From assembly GCF_030028105.1 (NCBI RefSeq), contig NC_092393.1, positions 21,927,825 through 21,991,824 on the forward strand: a stretch of DNA of 64,000 nt. Reading direction: 5' to 3'. The stretch comes from Mobula birostris. Its lineage: Eukaryota. This document shows positions 1-12,200 of this stretch, in pieces. Position 1 is the first letter of the stretch. Each line of letters begins with the position of its first letter. The notes beneath the pieces are model-generated. The model made no database searches. It was not told the DNA's origin and was given only the letters and a program-made list of their open reading frames with translations. The translations under genes and the position numbers were made by a program.

Positions 1-396
1 CTTTCTACCCAATTACCGAATATGTAAACATTGGCCTAACGAGTCCATGGCAGGTGAAAATGGGCTATTACTAATTGCACTTCCCAGTTCTCGGTCTATT
101 CTTTCCAGTAGTTTGTACACATGTGACAGATCAAGTGACTATCCATGAACTTTTTAAAATGTGATGAGGGTTTCTGTTCTCACCAGCTATTGAAGCAGTG
201 AGGTCTATACCCTTACAACTCTTTGGCTGAACAACTTCTCATAATTCTCAAATTCTTTTGCAAATAATCTAACAGTGTAAAGCTTTTCCACTAATTTCGT
301 TACCTCTTTATTACAGTAACTTCAACTTTTTCTATATGTTCTCCAGGCCTACCATAAACTCAAGAGTATCATATAGCACCTGGTATCAGTTAAAAA

Positions 397-490
397 CAAC
401 ACGCACAACACGCTGGAGGAACTCAGCAGGTCGGGCAGCATCCATGGAAATGAACAGTCAACATTTCGGGCCGAGACCCTTCATCAGGGT
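397..490 (-). mobile_element. 94-nt Penelope-like pLTR mini-insertion with hammerhead motif
   Basis: Minus strand reads accCTGATGAAGGGTCTCGGCCCGAAATGTTGACTG...GATGCTGCCCGACCTGCTGAGTTCCTCCAGC; 13-bp TSD tatcagttaaaaa at 384-396 and 491-503. Confidence 0.85.
456..487 (-). ncRNA. Minimal type I hammerhead ribozyme motif (CpG-decayed)
   Basis: CTGATGA core, stem II GGGT-CTCG-GCCC, GAAA core, then TGTTGAC (inferred consensus CGTCGAC). Confidence 0.7.
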
Positions 491-1279
491 TATCAGTTAA
501 AAATCAGTTAGAAAGATTTATTCAAATCCAAAACATACTTTCCTTTGATAACAAAATCTTGGCCTATTGATAAAAGCAAAGATATGTTTTCAGACTACAA
601 CAAAACAGCTGAAAATTTCAGGCTTTGTTTGTTGGCTGACAAAGTACACTAAAATTTGGCATCCATATATAATCAGACAAATGCTTTACATTATGATGAC
701 ATGAATCTATTTAAGAAAAACCAATACTTCGCATTATCCAGTTCTATATTTTAACTTAATTGTGACATCAATCCATAATTCCTATATAATTATCAATTGG
801 CAAACCTTTCTTTTATTCCTCGATTTCCCTTCCATTACAATTGGCACCCTATCGCAAAAATTTCCAAAATAAAATGGAAAAAAAATCCAAATTGAAATGA
901 CAAGGTCAGTGAACATGACTTGATTTCAAATTAGATTTTAAAACATGCATAAAATATTCCGGATCAATTTACTTGGCCTCATATTTCTTAGTTAACTTGA
1001 TGGCTCTATTTTTCATTTAACATTAGAATAGTTTTACCAACAATTACTGTGTCCCTCTGGACTACATGACCAGACTGTGCTGAAAGGAATGAAGTCTAAG
1101 CCTTTGCTCATTTGAAAACTAAACATTTAATTCTGCAGCTAGTTCAGAAGATTTTCTGTTCCTTCCAAAACAGACACTGCTTTCATTCCAACCCCATTTT
1201 CTACAGATGAAAAGCACCTTCCATGCCCCATACAATGTAAACATGCCTCTCATTAGCACCACCTGCAGAGGCTTCATCT

Positions 1280-4079
1280 TAGTCCGTAAGCCAGGATGCC
1301 AAATTTGGGCCACTGGTACCATCTGTGGGGAATAATTCTTATAGTGATTTTTGGCAAGGTATATACTCCTAGTGCTAGAACATAAGTGATAGCATTGCAG
1401 CAGTGGTAGCTTTCTGTGAGGGAGACTGGGAGTGGCACCTCCACGCTATAAGAACCATGATGCCATGGTGCTTTGTCTATGATAAGATGAATTCTGCCAG
1501 GTACCTGTCCCCTTACTTTGCTCAGATGATGAACCTCCCAGAGAAGAAACCTTCTGTGAAACCTTCAAGACAGGCCAATTCTCAGTGCAGCTGTCAAGTA
1601 ACAACCCCTTTGGGCAGATCCCTGTGGACCAGGCTATTGAAGCCACAGTGAACAAAGACACACTGACTCCTGGAGGCACATCACGGTTCAGCCTGAATGC
1701 TGGAGCTATCAAGCATTACTACATAACAGCTGAGCACCACAGTACATTGCTGGGACAGTTAAGGGAGATGGTGCAAGGCAACAAATCAGAGCTTTGTCAT
1801 GCGGAGCTACAGCGGCCGAAAATCCAGAAAGATGAGGAAGCAGTTTCAGCAGTGGTTAGCCTCATACATGCATGGGTCAATCCATTTGCTGAGAAGCAGG
1901 ACCTCATTAGCATCTCTACGGCAAAGGCAGTCCACAAGGACATTGCCTCCGACCTGATGAAGGCATATGAGATTGGTGAGCAATGCTATGCAACCTTCAA
2001 CGATGAGAGACTAGAGGAAGACCCACTAGCAAAGAATTTCCATGACACAATGAAAACCAACAAGTTGAAAACATTCAGGGATATGTGTAAGAAGAGAGAA
2101 GTGAAATCAAATGAGAGGGCGATCATCTTGAAAGCAGGCAAGTCTTTGTTTGAACACATCATAGTGATGGGCACAAGGGCGCAGTCTACGTATGGAGGAT
2201 ATCCTTTCTCATCTCCTTGGACCATTGCCCTGGGCCCTGTCCACACCAGAAGGATTGCTGAGAAAGACAAATAAAGCTACTTTAGCCACAACCTTGCTGA
2301 AAAATGTAGCAGTAGAAGAGCAACACTAAGGAAAATCTGCTACAGTGATTGATGGAATGACTTGGTCCAAAGGAGAAAGATGATCAAGTTACTTTCAGAG
2401 ATGTTGCCACAACAATTCTGGGTATGGCTCTGAGGGAAGGCAGTCAGAGTAGCAGAATAGATGTTGTGTTCAACACATACAAGGAGAACTCTATCAAGAA
2501 TAGTGAAAGATCTCTACGGGGTGAAGAGATTGGTCATGAGTTGCAAGGTATCACAGGCACACAGATGGTGAGGCAGTGGAGGAGCTTCCTGACCAAAGTC
2601 AGTAACAAAAATAGTCTCATTAGCTTCATAGTCCATGAATGGAGCAAGGCAGAGTACAGAGCAAAGCTACAGGAGAAGATTCTGTATGCAACTGTGAATG
2701 ACAAATGTTACAGAATCGCATCTCAAGACAGTGAGGAGGTATCAGCTCTTCAGTCTCAACAAGAAGAAGCAGATGGCCATCTACTTCTCCATGCTGCCCA
2801 TGCCACAAAAGATGGATACCAGTCTATCGTGATCTGCTCAGAAGACACAGATGTCTTTACCATATCTTTAGCATTTTTGTGACAGATTGAGGCCCCATTG
2901 TTCTAGAAGTGTGGCACTAGGACCCGTACAAGTCTTTTAGACATCAGGAAGGTTGCTGTCACTGTTGGCATAGAGGTTTGTAGGGCTCTCATTTGGTTGC
3001 ACGTATATACAGGATGTGACACTGTAAGTGCTTTTGCAGGCAAAGGGAAGACAAGTACCCTAAAACTTCTGACCAGCAACAGGGAAACTCAGGACACATT
3101 CTTAGAGTTGGATCAGGAATGGGACCTCTCCCCAGAACTGATGGACAAACTGGAGGCATTTACATGACTCCTGTATGCCCCAAAAGTATCGACCACCAAG
3201 GTCAATGAGCTCAGGTATCACCTTTTCTGTGCCAAAAAAGATGAAATCGAAAGTCATCAACTCCCACCATGCAATGACTGCTTAACAAAATATGCACAGT
3301 GAGCCAACTACCAGGCTGATATATGGAGAAGATGTTTGGAGAAGGACCCACAAGTGTCAAGCCCTGTTGGCAGAGGACGGAAGATGGAGAGAGAAGAGGA
3401 AGCTGAACAGTTGGTGGTGCATTGAATGGAAGGCCAGCCAGCACCTAATGCCATCCTGGATCTACTGGCCTGTAACTGACCAAAAAAATGTTCACTCCCA
3501 AGATGTATGTGTGTTGCAAATGGCCTCAGGTGTACTGACATGTTTAGACTGGCAGACTGTGAGAACCAGGCATCCACCTCAGAGAGTGTGCAAAGTTCAG
3601 ATGAAGACGTGGAAGACTTGGAAAATTATTATGATTATTAATAGGTTATGAAAGTATGGAAAACAAAGTATGCAAAGCAGTCTTTGATTAAATATATTCA
3701 CTTCACAACCAAATGGGGCCTAGATTATGGCCGTGTGGAACCCCACATTTGAATTATTGTACTGTAATTCTATATGCTATGACAAAAGCTTAAGATTGTT
3801 TTGATTTGATACAATATGGAAAATATCATGACATTGATAAAACTCCAGAAATCTCTCCAAATGAGGTTTTACACCTTTTGGAGGGTGGGGTAACATTTTC
3901 TGCTGTACTGATGTTAATATGGAATACTGTATATACAAAAAGTGATTACTTACCTGAAGTAATAAAGCTACCACTGGTGGAATGATTTTCTAACTCTAGA
4001 GATGTATACCTTGCCAAAAATCACTATGAACATTATTCCGCTCAGATGGTACCGACCATCCTCACTGGCTCACGGACTA
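1280..4079 (+). mobile_element. AcademX DNA transposon, internally deleted non-autonomous copy 1
   Basis: Imperfect TIRs 1280-1413 and 3964-4079 (TAGTCCGTAAGCCAG...CTGGCTCACGGACTA); 3-bp TSD tct at 1277-1279 and 4080-4082; coding remnants of transposase, XPG nuclease and Cys-rich finger. Confidence 0.85.
1414..3640 (+). pseudogene. Disrupted Academ protein (C-terminal transposase part, XPG/FEN1-like nuclease, Cys finger)
   Basis: Across frames: EGDWEWHLHA, NSARYL, DQAIE, QEEADGHLLLHAAHA, SEDTDVF, GCDTVSAFAGKGK, CN*PKKCSLPRCMCVANGLRCTD; several frameshifts and stops. Confidence 0.85.
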
Positions 4080-4454
4080 TCTCATTAAATGATGACAACT
4101 ATCTGCTCCATTCCAAGTTTTCTTTGCACATCAGGCTGTGAAATAAATCATAAAATCGGAGAGTTTGGGCTTTGCTTTCAAAAAGTGGCAGCAAAACCCT
4201 GTAATTCGTGTATGTATGTTGCTTCTGAAAATGGGTAAGCTGACATGCCAGACAGTCTTGTTCCAGGTGTTGAGAAAGACTGGTGCTCCCAAACTGCCAT
4301 CATCTTAACTGCAGGAATCTACCTGACAGAAATGATAGGTCAAACTCTGCACATGTAGCAAGCAGAAGTTTTGACTAAGCCACGCTCCATGGCTTAACCC
4401 GTTGGCAATACAGTCAGAAATTGTGATTATTTCTGAAAGTCTCATTTTTATATT

Positions 4455-4760
4455 TGTTTATGGGATGTTAATGTCACTGGCATGGCGAATATTTATTATC
4501 TCTCTCTCTCTGCCCTTTAGATGAATGGTTGGTTAAGCCTGTAGGTCTGAAGTTATGTATTGATTGGACTAGGGAGTGATAGTAGATTTCATTCTATGAA
4601 GGACACAATGAACCAGATGTCTTTAACAATCACCATTTCTATTGGTGGTTTTGTATCCCAGATTCACTGACTTAAGTTCGTCTAAATGCCATGGTGGAAT
4701 TCAATGAATGTCTCTGAATTAATATTCTAGGAATCTTGACACTAGTCTATGAATTTAACT
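4455..4760 (-). mobile_element. Old tRNA-derived SINE (possibly Meta-type)
   Basis: Shares the catctggttca...gtcctt motif and 3' tail with 26110-26395; family name recalled, not searched. Confidence 0.45.
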
Positions 4761-6139
4761 GGGAAGAAGCTACACTTTTGGGAGAGCATTAGTGGTGACT
4801 AAGATGCCAGACAGCAGTTGTCTCATGCAAACAGCAACAGTATAGACCTTGTCGAGCTAACATTGAGCAAGGTCTATAGACCAAAACCTAATTTCACAGT
4901 TCCAATGTTAGAAAATAGGAACTGTCAGTGCTTTAAACAAGAGGCTCCTTTTATTATTTGTACTTATGCCTAACAACCAGGCTAAAATAAATGCCATGTG
5001 ATTTCTGACGTATTACAGAACAGCTTCAGTTCCATATATGTTTAATTTCACAATGCAAACTAGCCCCCTGCTATCTTCCCTGCTTCCTGTTCTGAGAAGA
5101 GCACTTAAAGGTGAAGAAGATGAATTAAGGTGTCGTCATTATCTCCTGACAGTGTAGTTTCAGTATGATATTAAGCTCATCACAAGCATTAGTGCAGAGT
5201 GCATTCTCCCTCAATAGCAAAGTGTTCCAGAAAGCTTCCTGGGATTTGTTCTTACCCAGCGGGAGCTGCTGTTCCTATCCTGTCATGGTACTAATCAAAG
5301 TAAAGCAACACTGTCAGAGATGTAATCAAATCATTGACAAACTGCACCATTTATAACATCATGTTAAAACCTTAGTGTTAGTGTCTTAACCACTTGCAGA
5401 GGATGAGTCTTACTGGCTATTTGAAAATTTAGGACATGCTCAGGCACACTTATATTTGAAAAATTGGATAAATTATATTACAACATTGATTATGTACCCC
5501 TACATCAGTTGCATAGAAGCATGAAGAAAGCTTCAAGATTTAACGTACTGCTTTATAAAATTTTGTTGATAGAAACCATTTTCTTTTAGAATTGGCACAG
5601 GAACAGACTTATTATGATTCTATTCCACAAGCCTTCTTAATACTTCAGTTATTGATGAAATGTTACATTGAATCAGATAAAATCTGTAGTATAGATATTT
5701 GGTCCAACTAGTCTACGGTAGTGTTTATCTTCTTTATCAGCTCTTCACATTCTAATTACCTGTTTTCTTTCTGCACCCACAATTCAATTCATTGTTATAA
5801 AAGCATTAAGTTTCTCCTTAAACACATAAGCATCATTTGTCTAACCATTCAATAGGATGGCGATTACCATATTCTCACCACTACCTTTCATAGAAATTTT
5901 ACCTAAATGTCCTATTTGATTCACTATTGGCTATCTTATTTCTTGGCCTCAATTGGCTAGCAAAACTACACTATCAAATCTCTTTGTAATTGCTAACAAT
6001 CTGCAGAAAAGAAACACAGCCTGTTTGATCCTTTCTAATAGTTACATCTTCTAAATTTTAGCAACAGGATTATATATCTTTTCATTGTGCTCTCTTAAGT
6101 TTTGGAATTATCTACTGTAAAATCATGTGGTACATATAG

Positions 6140-6420
6140 GGTGAACATGTGCTGTCTTTTTCCCAGAGGAGAACTAGAATGCAAAGGGCATAGGTTTAAG
6201 GTCGGAGGTGAAAATTTAGAAGAGATCTGAGGGTCAACTCTTTCATCATGAGAGTGGTGCATACATGGAATGAGCTGCCAGACAAAGTGGCTGGGGCAGG
6301 TACAGTCACAACATTTAAAACACATTTAGATTAGCACATGGGTAGAAGGTGAATATGACTAGCTTGGTGGACACTGTGGACAAGCTGGCCAGAAGGGCTT
6401 GTGTCCATACAGTATAATTT
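6140..6420 (+). mobile_element. CR1 LINE 3' fragment
   Basis: gggcataggtttaaggt...tggaatgagctgcc...acatttaaaa, the typical CR1 ORF2 C-terminus and 3'UTR. Confidence 0.7.
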
Positions 6421-6859
6421 CTCTTGAGTATAGTCTTTTTCCCAGATACATTTTACATTTACTTCTGCAGTCTGCTAAGCCAATTATTCTTGATTGTTTT
6501 GCTCTTTAGTGACATATATTTCTTGTAAACTCCTTTTTAAATATTGTCTGTACTGTCAATATTTTGTTTCCTGTTTAATATATTCAGCTTGTTTTCATAT
6601 TTACACAGTTTAACTTTGGATCTTTGAGCTACCTCTTCCACAATCTTTTCCTTGAACCTTATTACACTGCAATCATTATCCATGTCTTTCCCCTCTTGAT
6701 TTATTCTTGTTCTTATTGCTGTTCATTTCCCATTAATATCACTCATCACCTGCTTTTTTCTGCAATTTTTACAAGTCAAAAATTGCAGAGGTATTGGCTA
6801 CTGTCTTTAAATTCCTGTTAGATAATACAGTAATGCTAAATGCTTGGAAGATTACAAGC

Positions 6860-8200
6860 CTTATTCAAATGATAAAAGACAATTAACCAGGCCAATTGCA
6901 AGACATTCCAGTCCTGAGGTATGAAAGCTTTATAAGAAAATCAACAGAGACTTGGATAAGTATTGACTAATAAGGAGAAGACACCCCAGTAGAGATCAGT
7001 ATTTGACAAATAGTGTTTGATGAATGTCATTATAAATTTTTGACGTAACTGTAAGGGAGGATGATACAATGCATTTGATACTGTATATGTGGACTTTCAA
7101 AAGCATCTTACTATACATTGCAAAATAGGTTTAGTAATACAATTGAGGTTTTTAGGTCAGATGGAGCATGGAAATAAAATTGACTAATGTATATTAAGGA
7201 GAATTGGAATAAAAGAATTGAAGGAATGGAGGACAGTAAATGGCTGAGTTTTCAGTTTCAATGCTGTTCCCTCAGCTGTTTTCCATTTACAATCATGACT
7301 TGAACCTGAGCAGTTCAGGACACAACTTCAAACTTTGCTGATGAAGTGATATATTGACAATTAGGAAAACATCAATAGATTCAAAAAGAATATAGATAAT
7401 TCAATGGGATCAATGTGAGAACTTAAGAAATGGAAACAGGTATAGTCCACTCAGCCCCTCATGGCTATGATGCCATTCATGTTTGATCTTTTGTACTGCA
7501 TCACTTTCATGCAGAATACAGATTCCACATAAATTCCAAAAACTTATTGAACCCAGCCCTCGGAGAATTTGGAAGATTTGCTATATTCTGGATTTACTAC
7601 ATTGAACATAGAAAAGTATGAAAAACTAATGAGCAGAGGCAAAAAATAAACTAATTTGCACCATTTCAAAAGGATCCAAACTTGCAGGTGCAGATGTGCA
7701 AATCTTTGAAGAAGCAGAGTGAGTTTCAATATTGTTTCCAAAGCCGAGAAGAACTCAGGTTTTATAAACAAAAGCACGCAGTACAAAAGCCAGGACGCAA
7801 AGCTAAACCTACTTAAAATATTAGTTTGGTCCCAGAAGTATTGTGTTCAATTCTGAGCATCACACTATAAGAAGGATGTGAAGCTTTTCATGAGGAGATT
7901 TACTGGAAGAGTTCTAGGCATTGGGGATTACATTTATGTAGAGAGAGTGGAGAGCTAAGGTAATGATCTTACACTAGGCAAAGATTAGATCTGTGTTTAA
8001 AAATTATGAAGGATTTTTATAAAGAAAACATCTGCTATCAATAGCTAGAGCGTTGTGAGGATGCAGATTATAATTGATTGACAGAAGGAAGGTGACTGAA
8101 AAATATTTTTTAATGTAACAAGTAGTTCAGATTTGGAATTAACACTAGGTGTATGTGGTATAAGTGGAGTACAGTGAAGGATCTGGGGTGTGGGTGGATT
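6860..8200 (+). mobile_element. Highly decayed CR1 ORF2 (RT)
   Basis: Remnants of YVDFQK (about 7085), FADE/FADD (about 7335) and YCVQF (about 7838). Confidence 0.65.
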
Positions 8201-8253
8201 GTTCTTCTAAAAAGATGCCACAACTTCAGTGCAATAGTTGTGTTACACTACCA

Positions 8254-8872
8254 GAATCAGGTTTAATATCACCGGCATGTCATGAAAATTATTAACCTTG
8301 CGGCAGCAGTACAATGCAATACATGATAACAGAGAGAAATAAAACTGAATGGTGGATGGCAGCTTTCTGAGGCAGGGCTCCTTGAAGATGTCCTGGATAC
8401 TATGGAGGCTAGTACCCATGATGGCGCTGACTAATTTTACAACTCACTGCAGCTTACTTCGATCCTGTACAGTAACCCCCAGCCCTCCATACCAGACGAT
8501 GACGCAGCCAGTTAGAATGCTCTCCACAGTACGTCTCTAGAAATTTGTGTATGTTTTCGTGATATAACAAACCTCCGCAAAATCCTCATGAAATATAGCC
8601 ATTGTCTTGCCTTCTTAATAACCGCGTTGATATACTGGGTCCAGGTTAGGACCTCAGAGTTATTGACACCCAGGAACTTGGAATTGCTCACTCTCTCCAT
8701 TTCTGATCCTTCTATGAGGACTGGTTTGTGTTCCCTCACCTTGCCCTTTCTGAGCTCCACAGTCAGTTCTTTGGTCTTACTGACATTGAGTACAAGGTTG
8801 TTGCTGCAACACCTCTCAACAAGCTGATATATCTTGCTCCTATATGCCCCTTTCATCACAATCTGAGATTCT
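8254..8872 (-). mobile_element. Rex/Babar-type LINE 3' portion
   Basis: ORF 8512-8859 NNLVLNVSKTKEL...KFLGV...KKARQWLYF; gattct-type tail at 8254. Confidence 0.8.
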
Positions 8873-9967
8873 GTGACAGGAGCCTTGCACGTAATAAAGT
8901 CACCATGTTATTCCTTGGAGATGGAAGATTAATGGAAGAGGTAACACCTCAACTAGTAATTTCAAACTTTATACTCACTTTATATTTTAGCACTAATTTT
9001 TGTACTAGTTGATGATCTGTAAAGGTCTTCCAATAACATGGCCATTTTCTTCATGTGCTTTATATCAACCCATGTAGAATCTGTTTGATTGCATAGTTAT
9101 TTATGTCTAATCTCATTATGGCTATACTATTCTTTCATTTAATATGATGAACACCATCTACCTTCCTTTTTAATTCCTGATACGCAATAACAATATTTAA
9201 TTGCCAATCATGATCTTTCAGTATTCATGTTTGCATTATACCTTTCACCTGCTTACTTTAAATAATGATAGATATTGCCCCATATTGCTGACGCTCAATA
9301 CATTGTTATACATGAAACTTAATACAATTTTTCATGAATGTTATTTTTCATCATGCCAGCTTTATTTGCAAATGTTTTGCTATTACCTGGAACCATTCAA
9401 ATATCTAAAAATGCTGATTTCATCATTTTATTCTTCACTATCTTTTATTCTTAGCATTTCTTTCTCTTAACTTTATAACAGGTCAGTCTTGCTCAGTCCA
9501 ACCTTTTGCTCACACAAGTTCAAGCTCATGTTTATTATCATTCAACCTTTGACATTTAAAAAAATAATTAAAAATACATTAAACTACTTTGATTTAATGA
9601 AAAATGTGAGTAAAGCAAAACTTCAAAAAAATCGAAAATCTTAATATGTTCATTTCTTTTTAATGAAGGTCAACAATGCCATTCAAATACATGGGTGTAT
9701 TGTAGGGATTGAGTGAAGCAAAGTGGATCTCGCCACTCAGTTCAGTATGGTGCTCAATTGTTACTGGACCCAGAGAGGGGTTCAATGGTCGAACAGGAGG
9801 TGAGCTGCACCAACATCCAATATCTGGCACATTTCCAGTCCTGCACTACAATGCACAGAAGAACAAGCTGCATATATATTGAAAATCAATTCAAACTATC
9901 ATATCAAAAAAGACCCACCTACTTCTTCTGGTCAAATTCTACCACCTTCATATGAGGCAAGCATCAG

Positions 9968-10290
9968 GGTTCAAAGTAAGCTTATTATCAAAGCACATAT
10001 ACGTCTCCCTATACAACCCTGAGATTCGTCTTCCTGTGGGCATACTCAGCAAATCTATAGAATAGTAACTATAGCAAGATCAATGAAAGATCAACCAGAG
10101 TGCAGAAGGCAAACCGTGTAAGTCGCAATAATCTTGTACCTTCTATCGGATGGCAGCAGCAAGAAGAGAGCATGACCTGGGTGGTGGGGATCTCTGATGA
10201 TGGATGTTGCTTTCCTAAGATAGTGTTTCATGTAGATGTGTTAAATGGTTAGGAGGGCTTTACCCATGATATACTGGGCTGAATCTGGCA
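9968..10290 (-). mobile_element. Rex/Babar-type LINE 3' fragment
   Basis: Tail gacgaatctcagggttgtata...tttgataataag...ttgaac, shared with 21295-22068 and 28255-28850. Confidence 0.7.
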
Positions 10291-12034
10291 CCTCAGTACA
10301 CTACTTCAAATCAAGTACTTCGATACACTATTGTAAACAAATTCAGATGTTTTAGTCTGTTTATCCAGAAAAGCTGAGGTAGATGTTGCATTAAAAATCA
10401 ACTTCTGCTTATTTCTGCTGGAAGAGCAGGTTTCAGTGGTTGAGAACTGCCTAAGTCATTAGTTTTTAAAGTTGGTGTAACACTCAAATTGGTTGTGGTA
10501 CAGTAAAATTTGGGTTGTAATCTCTGCTTCTTCAAAGAAGTGCTGCTCCATAAACTGGGGATCTTATTATTGTCAGGTTGCATAGACGAATCACTTGGTG
10601 AAAGTGGATTGCCCCCCAAAAAAACTCGAAAGCCACTGATTTTGGAAAAGTTAATTGAATTAATTAAAACACACTTTAATGCCAAGGTTAATCTTCTACT
10701 GTGGAGTGAGTGTCTTTATAATGAGCTGCTGCTTTTATTGCCATTCAAATATAGATGCAATCCCAAGCCCTTACATGGAGGAGAAAGTGTCAGATGATTT
10801 ATATCGAATACTCAGTTGAATCACGTCATTAACTGGGATTCTAAAATTGAATAGAAGGATGATTATAAATTTGATTAAAAGTTGCAGCATTTTAAAAGCT
10901 CTTTTCTTGACATAAGCTGCATTTCTGAATATTTTTGACTTTTAAGACTTGATTTCCAAATCTTGTTCAGCTTGCAAAATATTTGTAAGTTGCCTGTGTC
11001 CCGTTGGGATCAATAAATAATCAAATTTTAAAAGTTCTTATTTCCCATTGTGTGAACCCTAATTACAGCTTCACAGGTGAGTAAATTATTGAATCTTGAT
11101 CTCCAAAATACATTCTTTTTTCTGAATGACTCATAAGTTATGTTTGTCCTCAATGTTCTAGATATCGTGGTGTTGTGATCCTGGCAAAATTGGATAACTA
11201 ACTGAAGGTATCTGGTGTCACAATCGCTACCGGGACATCAAAGAGGCAGAAGGTTGTCAATGTAGCATTCAGATTTGATTTTGCAGAGAAAGGGAATGAG
11301 CCTGACATACAAGACAGAGAATGCAATTAAACAATTCTGAATGTTTTAATTATTTGGCCGTTTGATTAATTCCTACAAAATACTGTAAATTCTAGAATTA
11401 AGTCACCTTCCCTTTTCATTTCTAATTATACTTCTGGACTTGGCAAAGGCAGGTTGACAGTCCTATCTGTTCAACACCTACACATAACCAACACATGAGA
11501 TGCACGTGAATTCATACAATTCAAGGCATGCAGATTGAAACTCAAGCCTTTGTAGCTGTCTCCACGGGAAGGCACTCCCCACGGCAACAACAGATGGAAC
11601 CAGATAAGAAAAAAGCAGGGAATGATGAAAACAGATGACTGATTTGAAAATATGATTGAAGAGCACTAATTGCATTAATGAGTGGATTGGTATGATGTTT
11701 GCAATCTGAAGGTCAGCAGACAGATTACAGGTCACAAAGTATCTGTACATGTCTCATCACTTTCTCACTGTCTCCTCAGTTTCCTCGTCTCTGGCTAATG
11801 ACGTCAAAATTTTCAATCTTCCCATTCCACCCCATGCATAATGTTGTTCATATCTGAAGATCAATGGTGTTCGCAGGGAGTTGGCAGAATGGAATATTGT
11901 TTCTGTGCTCAGTCCTGTCATCAGCACTAGTCACACATGAATTGTTGAACAGACTCTACAGGATAACAGTAAGACGTCTACACAATAGCATATGCTGAAA
12001 TGTGTTTCCATGCAAGAGCATAGGAAATCAAGAC

Positions 12035-12200
12035 AACAGGAAAATAGAAACAGGAGTAGGCCACCACACCCACCCAGCCTGTTTCGCTATTCAAAAGAAT
12101 CATGGCTAATCAATATCAACCTCTGCTGAGCCATTTCTCCACAACCAACTATTCTTCAATCTATCAAATATTCATCCACCTCCACTTTAAATGTGATCCA
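12035..12200 (-). mobile_element. CR1 3'UTR fragment
   Basis: aggagtaggcca...atcatggct, similar to the 3' end of the CR1 at 22069. Confidence 0.6.

Noticed and set aside
1280-1281. TA target duplication (Tc1/mariner-like reading of TA|GTCCG...CGGAC|TA)
   Set aside because: The protein is Academ-like and a 3-bp tct duplication lies outside the TAG...CTA ends
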